Assembly: GCA_030587475.2 (NCBI GenBank)
Contig: JAUQYZ020000229.1
Coordinates: 1-56,437 of the forward strand
Length of the DNA: 56,437 bases
DNA from: Candidatus Sigynarchaeum calidifontis
GTDB taxonomy: Archaea; Asgardarchaeota; Lokiarchaeia; Sigyniarchaeales; Sigyniarchaeaceae
Direction: 5' to 3'
Positions 9,674-19,699 of the stretch are shown in pieces. The notes beneath the pieces are model-generated. The model saw only the letters and a list, made by a program, of their open reading frames with translations. It was not told the DNA's origin and made no database searches. Every line of letters starts with the position of its first letter. Within the stretch, counting starts at the first letter, position 1. Both the position numbers and the translations under genes were made by a program.

Positions 9674-10128
9674 CCCCCGTATTCCGCGAACGAAGACGAT
9701 GTTTCTCCGATACGCACCTTCACCTTGTAGCCCTTGAACTTCTGGGACAACGCGTCGTGGAAGTACTTCGCGAGCAGCTCGCTCGTGACGGCTGGGAGGG
9801 GGAGCAAGCACGCGTCGTCCCTCGGCACGACGTATTTCTTCCCGGAAAACGAGAACGTGATGGAATCCTTGGATTCCTCCAGCGCGAGCTCCTTGGAATC
9901 CCGAGGGACGAGAACATGGTGGTCGAGCTTGTCCACCTCGGCCTTGATTGCCTCCTTCACGTCCATGAAGTCCAAGACGAAGTAATGTTCGTCCAGTGGC
10001 CCGCTGATCTCGACCGCGACGTGAAAGTTATGGCCATGGATCCGGCCGCACTTGTCATGCCCGACGATGAAGTGGGCGCTGCTGAACTTGTATATACCAC
10101 CGCCGTCAAGTATGATTTTATAGCTCAT
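9670..10128 (-). CDS. queD: 6-carboxy-5,6,7,8-tetrahydropterin synthase QueD
   Basis: FSSAHF...KCGRIHGHNF, LDF, LDHH, TSELLA, GET. Adjacent to queC. Confidence 0.93.
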   Translation of the reverse strand: MSYKIILDGGGIYKFSSAHFIVGHDKCGRIHGHNFHVAVEISGPLDEHYFVLDFMDVKEAIKAEVDKLDHHVLVPRDSKELALEESKDSITFSFSGKKYVVPRDDACLLPLPAVTSELLAKYFHDALSQKFKGYKVKVRIGETSSSFAEYGG

Positions 10129-10262
10129 ACGGGATCACGCCTAGCAGGTTTTCACGGGAGATCATGACAAGTGGGCATAAATTTTTCTCTATTAATCCAC
10201 GTCCTTGTTAAACCGACAGATTATAAGTAGGATTCTTCGAACAGTTACACGGGTGAAGCCAA

Positions 10263-10988
10263 TTGAATATCCTCGCGGCCGTCATCATCTTTGCGTGCGC
10301 GCTCATCGCGCGCCTCGCGTGCTATGTCCTCGTATTTTCCCGGAAGGCGTCGGGCCAGGTCTCGGGCAGGATTTATTTCGTGTTTCTCGCGACAACCCTC
10401 ATCGCCGGTATCTTTTTCAACCTGCTACTGTTTTTCATGGTCCAGGACGGCATTCCCGCCGAGATCCGTACCCCGCCATTTTTCGTCGGCATCTCGGTGA
10501 TCATCGAGGTCGCGCTCGGGTGCGCCGCCAATCAAGTCGCTGTGTTTTTCACGAGAGGATTGGCGCATGCCGGCGAGGAAAAGCCCTCGCGGTACAAATG
10601 CAACGATGGCCACGTGGTAAAATCCCGTGCCGAGGCCTTGATAGACAACTGGCTTGACAGGGAGGGCATTACCCACGATTACGAGCCAGATCTCACGTTA
10701 AACGGCAGTAAACTCAAGCCAGACTGGTACATCCCCGATGCTGACGTGTACGTCGAATTTTGGGGCTTCCTGGCACGCGATAATAAAAAATACGACAATC
10801 ACCGGACGCGCAAGGAGGAACTCTACGCGAGACATAACAAGAAGCTCGTGAGCATCACGAATAACGACCTGGAAGATATTAACACCCGGGTCAAGCAAAA
10901 GCTCCTTAATTTTCTCGATGAAAGCGATTTTGGGAAGCCAAAACGATGTTCCCAATGCGGCGCGGAGCTCGACGAGCGGTATCGGTGA
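10263..10988 (+). CDS. Membrane-anchored PD-(D/E)xK-like nuclease domain protein
   Basis: Three N-terminal TM helices, then DGHVVKSRAEALIDNWL...YEP...KPDWY...YVEFWG, and a C-terminal CSQC. Confidence 0.7.
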   Translation: MNILAAVIIFACALIARLACYVLVFSRKASGQVSGRIYFVFLATTLIAGIFFNLLLFFMVQDGIPAEIRTPPFFVGISVIIEVALGCAANQVAVFFTRGLAHAGEEKPSRYKCNDGHVVKSRAEALIDNWLDREGITHDYEPDLTLNGSKLKPDWYIPDADVYVEFWGFLARDNKKYDNHRTRKEELYARHNKKLVSITNNDLEDINTRVKQKLLNFLDESDFGKPKRCSQCGAELDERYR

Positions 10989-10998
10989 ATGAAAGAAA

Positions 10999-11598
10999 AT
11001 GTTCGAGCGAACGAAGCGATTGCCCCGTATTCTCCTCATTGGCGACTCGATCCGCATGCGGTATGCCCCGATCGTCGCGAAGGCCTTAAAAAACGTTGCC
11101 AAGGTCGTCATCATCAGGGAAAACTGCGAGGACTCGGCCAAGGTTCGCGAAAACGTCCAGAGATGGCTTCAGCAAGCGGAATCCTCCAAGCTGCGAGTCG
11201 TCCACTTTAACAGCGGGTTGCATGATATTAAACGTGCTTACGGATCGGAGCGCCGCCAGCAGCCGCTCGAGACGTATGTTGAAAACTTGCGGCAAATCGT
11301 TGCTCTCTTGCGCGCTGGGAGCAGTGCAAGGTTGGTGTGGGCCACCACAACGCCTGTCATTTTTGAACGCCACCATGCGACGAAAGGTTTCGACCGGTTC
11401 GAAGAAGATGTGATCGAGTACAACAAGGCATCTCTTGCCTTGATGGAAGAGATGGGGATCCCCGTCAATGATTTGTATGATGTTATAATGCGTTACGGCA
11501 AGGAACGGGCAATTTCAAACGACGGCGTGCACATGACCGGCGAGGGAAACCGGGAGCTCGCTGCTGCAGTTGCGAATTGCTTGCGCATGTACTTGTAA
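10999..11598 (+). CDS. SGNH/GDSL hydrolase
   Basis: GDSI, NSGLHD, DGVH blocks. Confidence 0.9.
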   Translation: MFERTKRLPRILLIGDSIRMRYAPIVAKALKNVAKVVIIRENCEDSAKVRENVQRWLQQAESSKLRVVHFNSGLHDIKRAYGSERRQQPLETYVENLRQIVALLRAGSSARLVWATTTPVIFERHHATKGFDRFEEDVIEYNKASLALMEEMGIPVNDLYDVIMRYGKERAISNDGVHMTGEGNRELAAAVANCLRMYL

Positions 11599-11664
11599 CC
11601 GCGGGATTTACATGTCAACATCTTATCAAGTAGCCTTTTTAGACCGTGGGGGATCGTCAAGCTC

Positions 11665-12489
11665 ATGAAGCTCGCCATCTTGGGGGCGGACGGCGCCATG
11701 GGGCGCATCATCGCCGGGATCGTGGCCGGCGATCCCGACATGCAACTCGTGGGCGCGTTCACGGAGCCGGATGCCCCGACCATCGGCACGGACATCGGGG
11801 CATTGATCGGGAAAAAAGCAATCGGCACGAAAATCGAAGATAGCACCGGCCTGGACAAAAAAATCAAAGCATGCAAGCCCGATGTCGTCATCGACTTCAC
11901 TGTCGCAAAAGCGACAGAGGAGAATGCCCCGGTCGTCGTGAAAAATGGCATCAAGATGGTCATCGGGACGACGGGCTTGTCGCAGAAGTTTCTGGACGAT
12001 TTCAAGCACCTCGTCGAGAAGCACGATGCCCCATCCATCATCGCTTCAAATTTTTCCGTTGGCATGAACCTCTTCATGAAAGTCGTCGGGGATATCGCGA
12101 CGGCATTGCAAGGCTGGGACACGGAGGTCATCGAAGCCCACCACAACAGGAAAAAAGATGCCCCGAGCGGGACGGCCTTGACCATCGCTGACATCATCGC
12201 GGCATCGTGGAACAAGAAGCTCGATGACATCGCGAAGTACGGCCGGCCGAAAGGCCCATGCCCACGCGCCAAGGGGATGGCCGAGCTCGGCATCCACGCG
12301 ATACGAGCTGGCGACATCGTGGGCGACCACACGGTCTTGTTCGCCGGGGCTGGCGAGCGCATCGAGCTCAAGCACGTGGCGCACGACAGGTCGTGCTTCG
12401 CCTCGGGCGCGGTCAAGGCCGCCAAGTTCCTCGTGACATCGGCAAAGGAGCCCAGGCTATACTCGATGCGCGAGGTTCTTGGAATTTGA
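11665..12489 (+). CDS. dapB: 4-hydroxy-tetrahydrodipicolinate reductase
   Basis: GADGAMG, IDFT, IGTTG, ASNFSVG, EAHHNRKKDAPSGTA, RAGDIVGDH. Confidence 0.96.
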   Translation: MKLAILGADGAMGRIIAGIVAGDPDMQLVGAFTEPDAPTIGTDIGALIGKKAIGTKIEDSTGLDKKIKACKPDVVIDFTVAKATEENAPVVVKNGIKMVIGTTGLSQKFLDDFKHLVEKHDAPSIIASNFSVGMNLFMKVVGDIATALQGWDTEVIEAHHNRKKDAPSGTALTIADIIAASWNKKLDDIAKYGRPKGPCPRAKGMAELGIHAIRAGDIVGDHTVLFAGAGERIELKHVAHDRSCFASGAVKAAKFLVTSAKEPRLYSMREVLGI

Positions 12490-12528
12490 CATGGTTTTTT
12501 TCATTTTCCAGATAATATCAAGAATATC

Positions 12529-13455
12529 TTAGCCAAAATAGAACACGGGCATGATCCAGGGAATCAATGTCGAGAACCAGGCGATAAAGCTGGCCGTCAA
12601 GACGAGCGATGCAATCGGTCGTTTTTGCTTCAAGACATTCTTTTCAGCCCGCGTGTCTTCCATGTTGACAAGGATCTCCTTCTTGATGCGTGCAAGAACC
12701 CAGACCCCGACCAGGGCAATCGCGGCGAAGACGATGTAATGCGCGATCCAGCCGCCCGCCCAGATCTTGTCGGCCCCGCCCATGGCCCAGTCACCGAAGC
12801 TCGCCCAGTACCAGCCACCAGCGCTGCCCTCCGGGGTGAGGCCGATGACATGGCACACGAGCGGATCGAGAAACCCGAGGTTCAAGCAGTAAAATGCGTA
12901 GCAAACGAGAAGTGTCCTGAAAGCATCCATATAGCTATTGCTCCGCAAGAAAGCTTGCATACACATGGCACAGATCACGACGGCAGGGATGAACCAGAAG
13001 AAGAACTGGTGGTACAAACCCTGGGCGGTCAATCCCAGGAAGATGCGCGTCGTGGATTCCCAGTTCCCGTCGATCCCGGTATCGGCAAACCACGTCACGG
13101 CCAGGTCGATGGCTACCATGTACAAGAACGAGAAGGCAAACGTGACCGCAGGAACGATGTAGGTGCCGAGCACGTGCTTTCTCGCGCCGCGTTCCATGGC
13201 CTTTCGCAAGAGAAAGCATTCAAAGGCGACGATGATCAAGAATGCAGGGAATATGAGGTAATCCAGGTTCCAGCGCCAGTAGAAGACCCAGAGAAAGTCG
13301 CGGAAGAATAATGCTGGATCCCCGGGTACTTTTGCCGCATCCCAATGGATGAACTTCTCGAAAATCAGGAAACCGGCGAAAAAAAAGACGCTGGCGACGT
13401 TCATCGCGAAATACGTTTTCGAGGTGAAGAGATACTTGACATCTTGCAGCTTCAT
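12529..13455 (-). CDS. Multi-pass membrane protein, unknown function
   Basis: About 7 hydrophobic aromatic-rich segments. Confidence 0.72.
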   Translation of the reverse strand: MKLQDVKYLFTSKTYFAMNVASVFFFAGFLIFEKFIHWDAAKVPGDPALFFRDFLWVFYWRWNLDYLIFPAFLIIVAFECFLLRKAMERGARKHVLGTYIVPAVTFAFSFLYMVAIDLAVTWFADTGIDGNWESTTRIFLGLTAQGLYHQFFFWFIPAVVICAMCMQAFLRSNSYMDAFRTLLVCYAFYCLNLGFLDPLVCHVIGLTPEGSAGGWYWASFGDWAMGGADKIWAGGWIAHYIVFAAIALVGVWVLARIKKEILVNMEDTRAEKNVLKQKRPIASLVLTASFIAWFSTLIPWIMPVFYFG

Positions 13456-13516
13456 CGCGTGTCGATACCTGGTTGTTCATTGATTTTTTAAACACGACAA
13501 CCAAAGGAAACGTCAT

Positions 13517-15049
13517 ATGATCGACATCGCGGTTCTCTTGCCGTCCATCGAGTCTATCGTGAACGAGGAGCTGGCCAAGAGCCACGTGCCAGGCATCGTG
13601 GTCGGTCTCGTCAATGGTGATGGGCTCGTGTTCGGAAAAGGTTATGGGCTTGCCGACATCGAAAAAAACACCCCGATGACCACCCGGACCGTGATGCGCT
13701 GGGGTTCAATCTCCAAGCTCTTCACGTGCATCGGGGTTTTCCAGCAATGGGAGCGTGGCCAGTTCCAGCTCGCCGATCCAGTCAACAAGTACTTGAAAAG
13801 GGGCAAGATCGTTCCTAAAAGGAAGGACTGGCCCGAGGTGACGTTCGAGCACTTGCTCACGCACACGGCAGGCATCGGCGAGATACGGCGCGGTGCAGAC
13901 CTTCTCGTGAAGGGATTTCGCCTCTTGACCTATGACGACAAGCCTGTGCCAGCTCTCAGCTCGCTGCACGACCTTGACTTGCCATTGTCCGCTCCGCCGG
14001 GATCGAAATACGCGTATTCCAACATCGGGGGCTCGTTGCTGGGTTTCTTGACCGAGATCTTCAGCGGGAAGGATTTCCAGCGGTACATGATCGATAATGT
14101 CTTCACTCCACTCGGTATGGACGATTCGGACTTCGCGTGGAAGACCCGCTCGACCGCCCCCCATGCACGCGGGTACAAGTACGAGAAGGGCAAGCTCCGC
14201 CCGGCGAGGATTTGGAACAACATCATCACGCCCTCGGGAGGCCTGGCAGCCACGCTCGAGGACATGGCCAAGTTCGCGTCGTGCTTGATCAAGAAGGGCA
14301 AGCATGATAGTGGTCAGCTCCTGGATCCCAAGACATTCGATTTGCTCTGGACACCACATTACTGGGCGCACAATTCATTCAAAGATTGCGATTCACTCGG
14401 GTATATTTTCCGTTTGCAGCGATTGAACGGGGAACGCATCGTCTGGCACACGGGGGGGCTGAGCGGGTTCACGTCGACCTTCGACATCCTACCAGACGAG
14501 GGTATTGGCCTGATCACCAGCGCCAATCTCAGCGAGACCTTGTCCAGCCGCATCACCTTGCGATTGCGCCACCGCATCTTGAAGGTCATATGCGGCGCGG
14601 AAAACCGCTTCGACCCGGTTGCCTTCGCACCAGACAAGAGCTGGTGGCCGGACATGAAGGGGTACTACGGCGGGCAACCTGGCTGGCTGTCGAACACGCG
14701 CGTCATCGCCTTGGGTCTTGACTTCAAGGTTTCGGAGAAGGAGGGACATCTTATCCTCTCGTCACTATTTGGCGTGCACAAGAAAGGTACAAAACTCTAT
14801 CCAACAGCTGATCCGCTCGTGTACGAGTATCCAGTTGATGATGGTGCGGATATCGATTACGTGTCAAGGATCGGGTTCATTCCCGGCGAGCAGCAGGGCA
14901 AGATCGCTGGCTTGGCCATCGGCGACCAGAACACGCTCCGCAAGAACACGCTCGTGAACACGTTCCGGTTCAAGATGCTAGTGATCGTGATACTTATCGC
15001 GGTAACCATTACCTTGATCGCTGCATTGGATGCCATTGATTTCACGTAG
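13517..15049 (+). CDS. Serine hydrolase, beta-lactamase class C/AmpC-like family, with C-terminal TM anchor
   Basis: SxxK (GSISK), LLTHTAG, YSN, HTGG, hydrophobic C-terminus. Confidence 0.9.
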   Translation: MIDIAVLLPSIESIVNEELAKSHVPGIVVGLVNGDGLVFGKGYGLADIEKNTPMTTRTVMRWGSISKLFTCIGVFQQWERGQFQLADPVNKYLKRGKIVPKRKDWPEVTFEHLLTHTAGIGEIRRGADLLVKGFRLLTYDDKPVPALSSLHDLDLPLSAPPGSKYAYSNIGGSLLGFLTEIFSGKDFQRYMIDNVFTPLGMDDSDFAWKTRSTAPHARGYKYEKGKLRPARIWNNIITPSGGLAATLEDMAKFASCLIKKGKHDSGQLLDPKTFDLLWTPHYWAHNSFKDCDSLGYIFRLQRLNGERIVWHTGGLSGFTSTFDILPDEGIGLITSANLSETLSSRITLRLRHRILKVICGAENRFDPVAFAPDKSWWPDMKGYYGGQPGWLSNTRVIALGLDFKVSEKEGHLILSSLFGVHKKGTKLYPTADPLVYEYPVDDGADIDYVSRIGFIPGEQQGKIAGLAIGDQNTLRKNTLVNTFRFKMLVIVILIAVTITLIAALDAIDFT

Positions 15050-15075
15050 GAGCCACCGGCCACGAGGAAAACGCC

Positions 15076-16038
15076 ATGATCACGCTCGAAGAAATAGAAG
15101 CAGCCCATATCCGAATCAAGGACACGGTCAACAAGACGCCCGTGATGACATCCCGGACACTGGACGAGCGCGTGAAAGCGCACGTGTTTTGCAAATGTGA
15201 AAATTTCCAGCGCATGGGAGCTTTCAAGATGCGCGGCGCGTTCAACACGATCAGCCAGTTAAGCAAGGAGGAAATGGCCAGGGGCGTCATCACGCACTCG
15301 AGCGGGAACCACGCGCAAGCGCTGGCCTTGTCGGCGCGGATCCTCGGGGTCAAGGCCGTCGTGGTCATGCCCAAGGGTTCCCCGCAGGTGAAGATCGACG
15401 CGACCAAGGGGTACGGCGCCGAGGTCGTGCTTTGCGAGAACACGCTGGCCTCGCGCGAGGAGACCACGAACCAGCTCATCGCCGAACACGGGTACACGCT
15501 CGTCCACCCATACAACAACGACAACATCATCCGCGGCGCGGGCACCGCCGCTTACGAGCTCATCAAGGAGGTTGGTAGCATCGATTTCATGTTCTGTCCT
15601 GTCGGGGGTGGAGGCTTGCTCAGCGGGACATCGATCGCGACGAAAGGCTTGTGCCCGGGGTCCAAGGTCGTCGCCGTCGAGCCCAAGAACGCAGACGATG
15701 CCTATAAATCGTTCCAAGCGGGCAAGATCATCGAAAACAAGACTACTAACACGATAGCCGATGGATTACGCACGAACCTGTGCGAGCGCACGTTCGCCAT
15801 CATCAAGCAGAACGTCGATCAAGTCATTCTGGTCACGGAAAAAGAAATCGTCGATGCGATGCGCTTCTTGTGGGAGCGCATGAAGATTGTCGTCGAACCG
15901 TCGGGTGCTGTGTCGCTGGCGGGCTTGCTTTCCGGGCAAGTAGCCGTCGAAGGGAAGCGGGTCGGCGTCATCTTGAGCGGCGGGAACATCGATCTCGGAG
16001 AATTTTTCCAGCTCTTGCAAGCAAAGATCGTGGCATGA
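15076..16038 (+). CDS. PLP-dependent Ser/Thr dehydratase / serine racemase family
   Basis: KCENFQRMGAFKMRG, SSGNHAQ, PVGGGGLLSG, EPSGA, SGGN. Confidence 0.93.
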   Translation: MITLEEIEAAHIRIKDTVNKTPVMTSRTLDERVKAHVFCKCENFQRMGAFKMRGAFNTISQLSKEEMARGVITHSSGNHAQALALSARILGVKAVVVMPKGSPQVKIDATKGYGAEVVLCENTLASREETTNQLIAEHGYTLVHPYNNDNIIRGAGTAAYELIKEVGSIDFMFCPVGGGGLLSGTSIATKGLCPGSKVVAVEPKNADDAYKSFQAGKIIENKTTNTIADGLRTNLCERTFAIIKQNVDQVILVTEKEIVDAMRFLWERMKIVVEPSGAVSLAGLLSGQVAVEGKRVGVILSGGNIDLGEFFQLLQAKIVA

Positions 16039-16080
16039 TGTGATGAAAAGGGAAAGGGGCTGGGCGGGGCGATCGGTGCA

Positions 16081-17259
16081 ATGACGGCAACGCGGAAAGA
16101 TTTCTGGCAAGATCCATACCAGGTAGCGTTTCAAGCGCGTGTGGTCAAGGTGACAAGGGCCGGTATCGTCCTCGACCATACCTGCTTTTATCCAGCCAGT
16201 GGTAACCAAGCAAGCGACAAGGGTACACTTGTGATTGGAGGGAAAAAATACGACGTGCAAGAGGTCTTGAAGGATGGTGAAGAAATCATCCACGTGGTCA
16301 AGCCATCGGCATTGGATGATGTTGCCATTGACGTTTTCGCCGAGGGCACCGTTGATTGGACACGCCGGTACGCGCTCATGCGCGGGCACACTGCCCAGCA
16401 CGTGCTCTCGGCTTGTTTACTCGCCCGCTTCGGCGCGTCCACGGGCGAAGCTTCCATCCAGCCAGACGCGGTTAGCATCTCCGTCAAGAAACAAATTTCC
16501 CTCAAGCAACTGCAAGAAGCGCTCGCCGTAGTGAACGTGGCTTGCACGACGACTCATCCCGTCATCGCGCGCATCTTGCCTCGCGAGCGAGCGGTCGCGG
16601 AGTTCTCGGAACGCTTGCGAGGCGAGATACCGTCCGAGGATCCCGTGCGCATCGTGGAGATCAAGGACCTGGATCTCATGTGTTGTGGAGGAACACATGT
16701 CAAGGAGACGGCAGAGATCGGCCCCCTCCTCGTCACCAAGTTCAAGGGCGGCCGGGAGATCAAGTTCGTGGTGGGGTCCGAGGCGGCTGTTAGCATTGCC
16801 AAGGCGAACGCGGCCATGTTGTCTGCCGCCGCAACATTAAACAAGGACATTTTCCAGCTCGCCGATGCCGTCGAGAAGCAATCGATGAACTTGAAGGCCC
16901 TCGATGATCAAGTCGACTCGCTGTCCATCGCGTTGTTGGAACAAGAAGCTAAGGCTCCCGGGCTACTTACGAGTGGCGGTTTGCACGTGCACGTCGTGAA
17001 GGACATCACGAACAAGAATATCCTCGCGACGTGGTTCAACAAGTTCCCCCCGGAATCGATCCTGGTCGTGCAAGGAAGCCAGGGCAGCTTGAGAATTTAT
17101 TCCAATTCGGACGCTGTCAAGGCGAACGAGTTGGTACAATTGCTCGTCGCGAGGGAGGGAGGCAAGGGTGGCGGGAACCCGAAGGTTGCCCAGGGCATCT
17201 TGGAGAAAGACCCCGGGGATTTCCTTGCCCTCCTCCAGGATGTTATTGCGAGAAAATAG
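16081..17259 (+). CDS. alaX: AlaX-type alanyl-tRNA editing protein with C-terminal DHHA1 (C-Ala) domain
   Basis: TCFYPASGNQASD, HTAQH, CCGGTHV, GGKGGG. Confidence 0.9.
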   Translation: MTATRKDFWQDPYQVAFQARVVKVTRAGIVLDHTCFYPASGNQASDKGTLVIGGKKYDVQEVLKDGEEIIHVVKPSALDDVAIDVFAEGTVDWTRRYALMRGHTAQHVLSACLLARFGASTGEASIQPDAVSISVKKQISLKQLQEALAVVNVACTTTHPVIARILPRERAVAEFSERLRGEIPSEDPVRIVEIKDLDLMCCGGTHVKETAEIGPLLVTKFKGGREIKFVVGSEAAVSIAKANAAMLSAAATLNKDIFQLADAVEKQSMNLKALDDQVDSLSIALLEQEAKAPGLLTSGGLHVHVVKDITNKNILATWFNKFPPESILVVQGSQGSLRIYSNSDAVKANELVQLLVAREGGKGGGNPKVAQGILEKDPGDFLALLQDVIARK

Positions 17260-17363
17260 GTCGCTCCTTGTAAAAATGGAATTTTACCCGCGATCCCGTG
17301 GCAATTGCGGCCAAGATCGTGGGTATAAGGCGTGGAAAAAAATGGGCAGGCCACGCGTTCACG

Positions 17364-18167
17364 CTATACAGCTTTGTAGAAGTCAGGACGCCGGTCAGAC
17401 ATCACGTCGTTGAAATCGTTTATCTTCTTGTCACGCGCCGCGCGTGGATCGATGTCGACGACCGAAGCATCCACGTGATTGCTAGGCGCGCTCGCGAGGA
17501 TGTCTCCCTTGCAACCCGTGATCTGGCTCCCGCCCGTGAACGTGAACGTGTCATCGCCGCGTTTTTCCGTGCCTATCCGGTTAGCCGTCACGGCATAGAC
17601 GTGGTTCTCCAGGCACCGCGTGACCATCGCTTTTTGGCAGTACGGCATGACCAAATTGGCCGGATGGGCGATCACATCCGCACCAAGCAATGCCAGGCTG
17701 CGTGCCGCCTCCGGGAACATCCAGTCAAAGCAGATCATCAAGCCGACCTTCGCGCCCCTGACTTCGTGGACTGCGAACGGTACATCTCCAGGAGTGAACC
17801 ATTTCCTTTCCTTGTTGAACAAGTGGATCTTCCGATAGGTACAGACGATCCGATCACCATCGACGATCATCGCGGCGTTATATGCTTGATCGCAAGCGAT
17901 CTCGATGAAACCCCCTGCAACGGCTGCCCCGGTCTGGCGAGAAAGGCGTGAGAGAAATTTGGTGGTCTCCTCGCCGGGTATCTCTCCAAGGTCGTGTGCC
18001 TCGAGCCTAGATGTAAACGCGTAACCCGTCGCGAAGAGTTCAGGCAGCACGAGGAGATCGGCCTTTACATGGTTCGTTTCGACGAGCTCCATCACTTGCT
18101 TGAAGTTTTTTTCCTTGTCCCCGAAGACAGGTTCTGTCTGGATGTACCCGATTTTCATACCCTTCAC
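17364..18167 (-). CDS. Carbon-nitrogen hydrolase (nitrilase superfamily)
   Basis: E-K-C triad: LPELF, YRKIHLF, ICFDW. GTG overlaps the upstream TGA. Confidence 0.93.
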   Translation of the reverse strand: MKGMKIGYIQTEPVFGDKEKNFKQVMELVETNHVKADLLVLPELFATGYAFTSRLEAHDLGEIPGEETTKFLSRLSRQTGAAVAGGFIEIACDQAYNAAMIVDGDRIVCTYRKIHLFNKERKWFTPGDVPFAVHEVRGAKVGLMICFDWMFPEAARSLALLGADVIAHPANLVMPYCQKAMVTRCLENHVYAVTANRIGTEKRGDDTFTFTGGSQITGCKGDILASAPSNHVDASVVDIDPRAARDKKINDFNDVMSDRRPDFYKAV

Positions 18168-19090
18168 GTCGGTTCTTTTTTATCCGAGAGTAACGCGCCG
18201 GCAAGGGCGTCGCAGATCCCCCCATCAAGGATAAAGTCCGTGTGCCCCTTGTTTGGAAGGGCCTGGAACCCCCGCACCCCGGCATGGTCGCAATATGACT
18301 TCACATCCGCAAACGGCGTGACGAGGTCATCCATACCGTGAAAAACTACCACTTTCTGAAAGATATCAAGTGAAAAACGATTTTTCGACATGATCGCCTC
18401 GATATCATTGCTGGTGAAGAAGTCTAGGAAAGATCGAATCGTGGACACGGGCGTTCCGTTCATGTATTTCAAAATATAGGATGCATACGCGTCCGTGAAA
18501 CCCCGTGCCTTAACGGACGCGGCCGTGCGGGAATATTGGACGACAAAAGTATCCCACATGGCCCTGGCAAAGGGCGCGATCGACGACTGGTCGAGCCGCG
18601 CCATGCCATACCGGGAAAGAAAGCTCGCGAGCTGCCCCGCCATGCAATCGAACACTTCCCGCACGTGCCGGATCACGGGCAAGGTGGGTGCCACGAACCC
18701 GTAAACGACCATCGACGAGAATCGCTCGGGGCAGCGGTTCAGTAACGAGAGGCCGACCAGGGATCCGAGGCTCGAACCAACGAGGCGCACGTCCCCGTGA
18801 ACTTGTTTCTCGTCGATCAGCCCGAGCACGTCCGTTTGGATGGCGTCGAACGTGAACGGGTGTACGAGGGGAGGCACGTCGCCGAAGCCACGGTAATCCA
18901 TGAAGATGTAATCGAGGCGAATCCCCTTGTCTTCTATCTTGCGGTGGAGGCGGGAGAAGAGCAAGTCCCACTGGTGGTAATTGAAGAACGAGCCATTCAA
19001 GAACACGACCGTGGCAACCGGATCCTCGCCCCGGACGAGCTTGTATCGCAGGCGGTCGCCGTCCTGGGTCTCGTGAACCGTGTCTTGCAC
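18164..19090 (-). CDS. Alpha/beta hydrolase
   Basis: DYRGFG, GSSLG nucleophile elbow, HGMDDLVTP, GH. Confidence 0.85.
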   Translation of the reverse strand: MQDTVHETQDGDRLRYKLVRGEDPVATVVFLNGSFFNYHQWDLLFSRLHRKIEDKGIRLDYIFMDYRGFGDVPPLVHPFTFDAIQTDVLGLIDEKQVHGDVRLVGSSLGSLVGLSLLNRCPERFSSMVVYGFVAPTLPVIRHVREVFDCMAGQLASFLSRYGMARLDQSSIAPFARAMWDTFVVQYSRTAASVKARGFTDAYASYILKYMNGTPVSTIRSFLDFFTSNDIEAIMSKNRFSLDIFQKVVVFHGMDDLVTPFADVKSYCDHAGVRGFQALPNKGHTDFILDGGICDALAGALLSDKKEPT

Positions 19091-19122
19091 GAAACAGCTG
19101 TGTCATGAAAGGGAAAAAAAGG

Positions 19123-19686
19123 TTACGCATCAACATAGCCAAGCTCGACGAGCTTGGCCATCACTTGCCGGACGCATTCGTCGACACCGTATTTTTCCGT
19201 GTCGAGCACGAGTTCCGGATTGACGGGCTCCTCGTACGGGGCCGATGCATGCACCCCGGTGAAGTCCTTGATCTGTCCCGCCATAGCTTTCTTGTACATG
19301 CCCTTCACGTCGCGCGCGGCGCACGTGTTGACACTCGCCTTGACGTAGACCTCGATGAAATTGCCGATCTCCTTTCGGGCATTCGCTCGCATCGCGATCT
19401 CGGGAGAGATGAAGGTCGCCAACACGACCACGTCGTTGCGCGTGAGCAACTTCGCCACGAACGTGACGCGCTCGATGTTTTTGCGGCGATCCTCGACACT
19501 AAAACCGAGATCTCGCGTCAATGATTGGCGGACCACGTCACCATCGAGCCGTTCCACCTTGAAACCCTTTTGTTTGAGCAAAGGGACCAACGCGTCTGCG
19601 ATCGTGGTTTTCCCGGAGCAAGCGAGCCCCGTGAACCATACCGTGAACCCCTTCGAATCTACCTTTTTATGCGTGTTTTTCGTCAT
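19123..19686 (-). CDS. cysC: Adenylyl-sulfate (APS) kinase
   Basis: WFTGLACSGKTT, LDGDVVR, LGFS..DR..NI.R, RDVKGMY, FTG..APYE. ATG at 19686. Confidence 0.95.
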   Translation of the reverse strand: MTKNTHKKVDSKGFTVWFTGLACSGKTTIADALVPLLKQKGFKVERLDGDVVRQSLTRDLGFSVEDRRKNIERVTFVAKLLTRNDVVVLATFISPEIAMRANARKEIGNFIEVYVKASVNTCAARDVKGMYKKAMAGQIKDFTGVHASAPYEEPVNPELVLDTEKYGVDECVRQVMAKLVELGYVDA

Positions 19687-19699
19687 CGTGCATCGCCTT

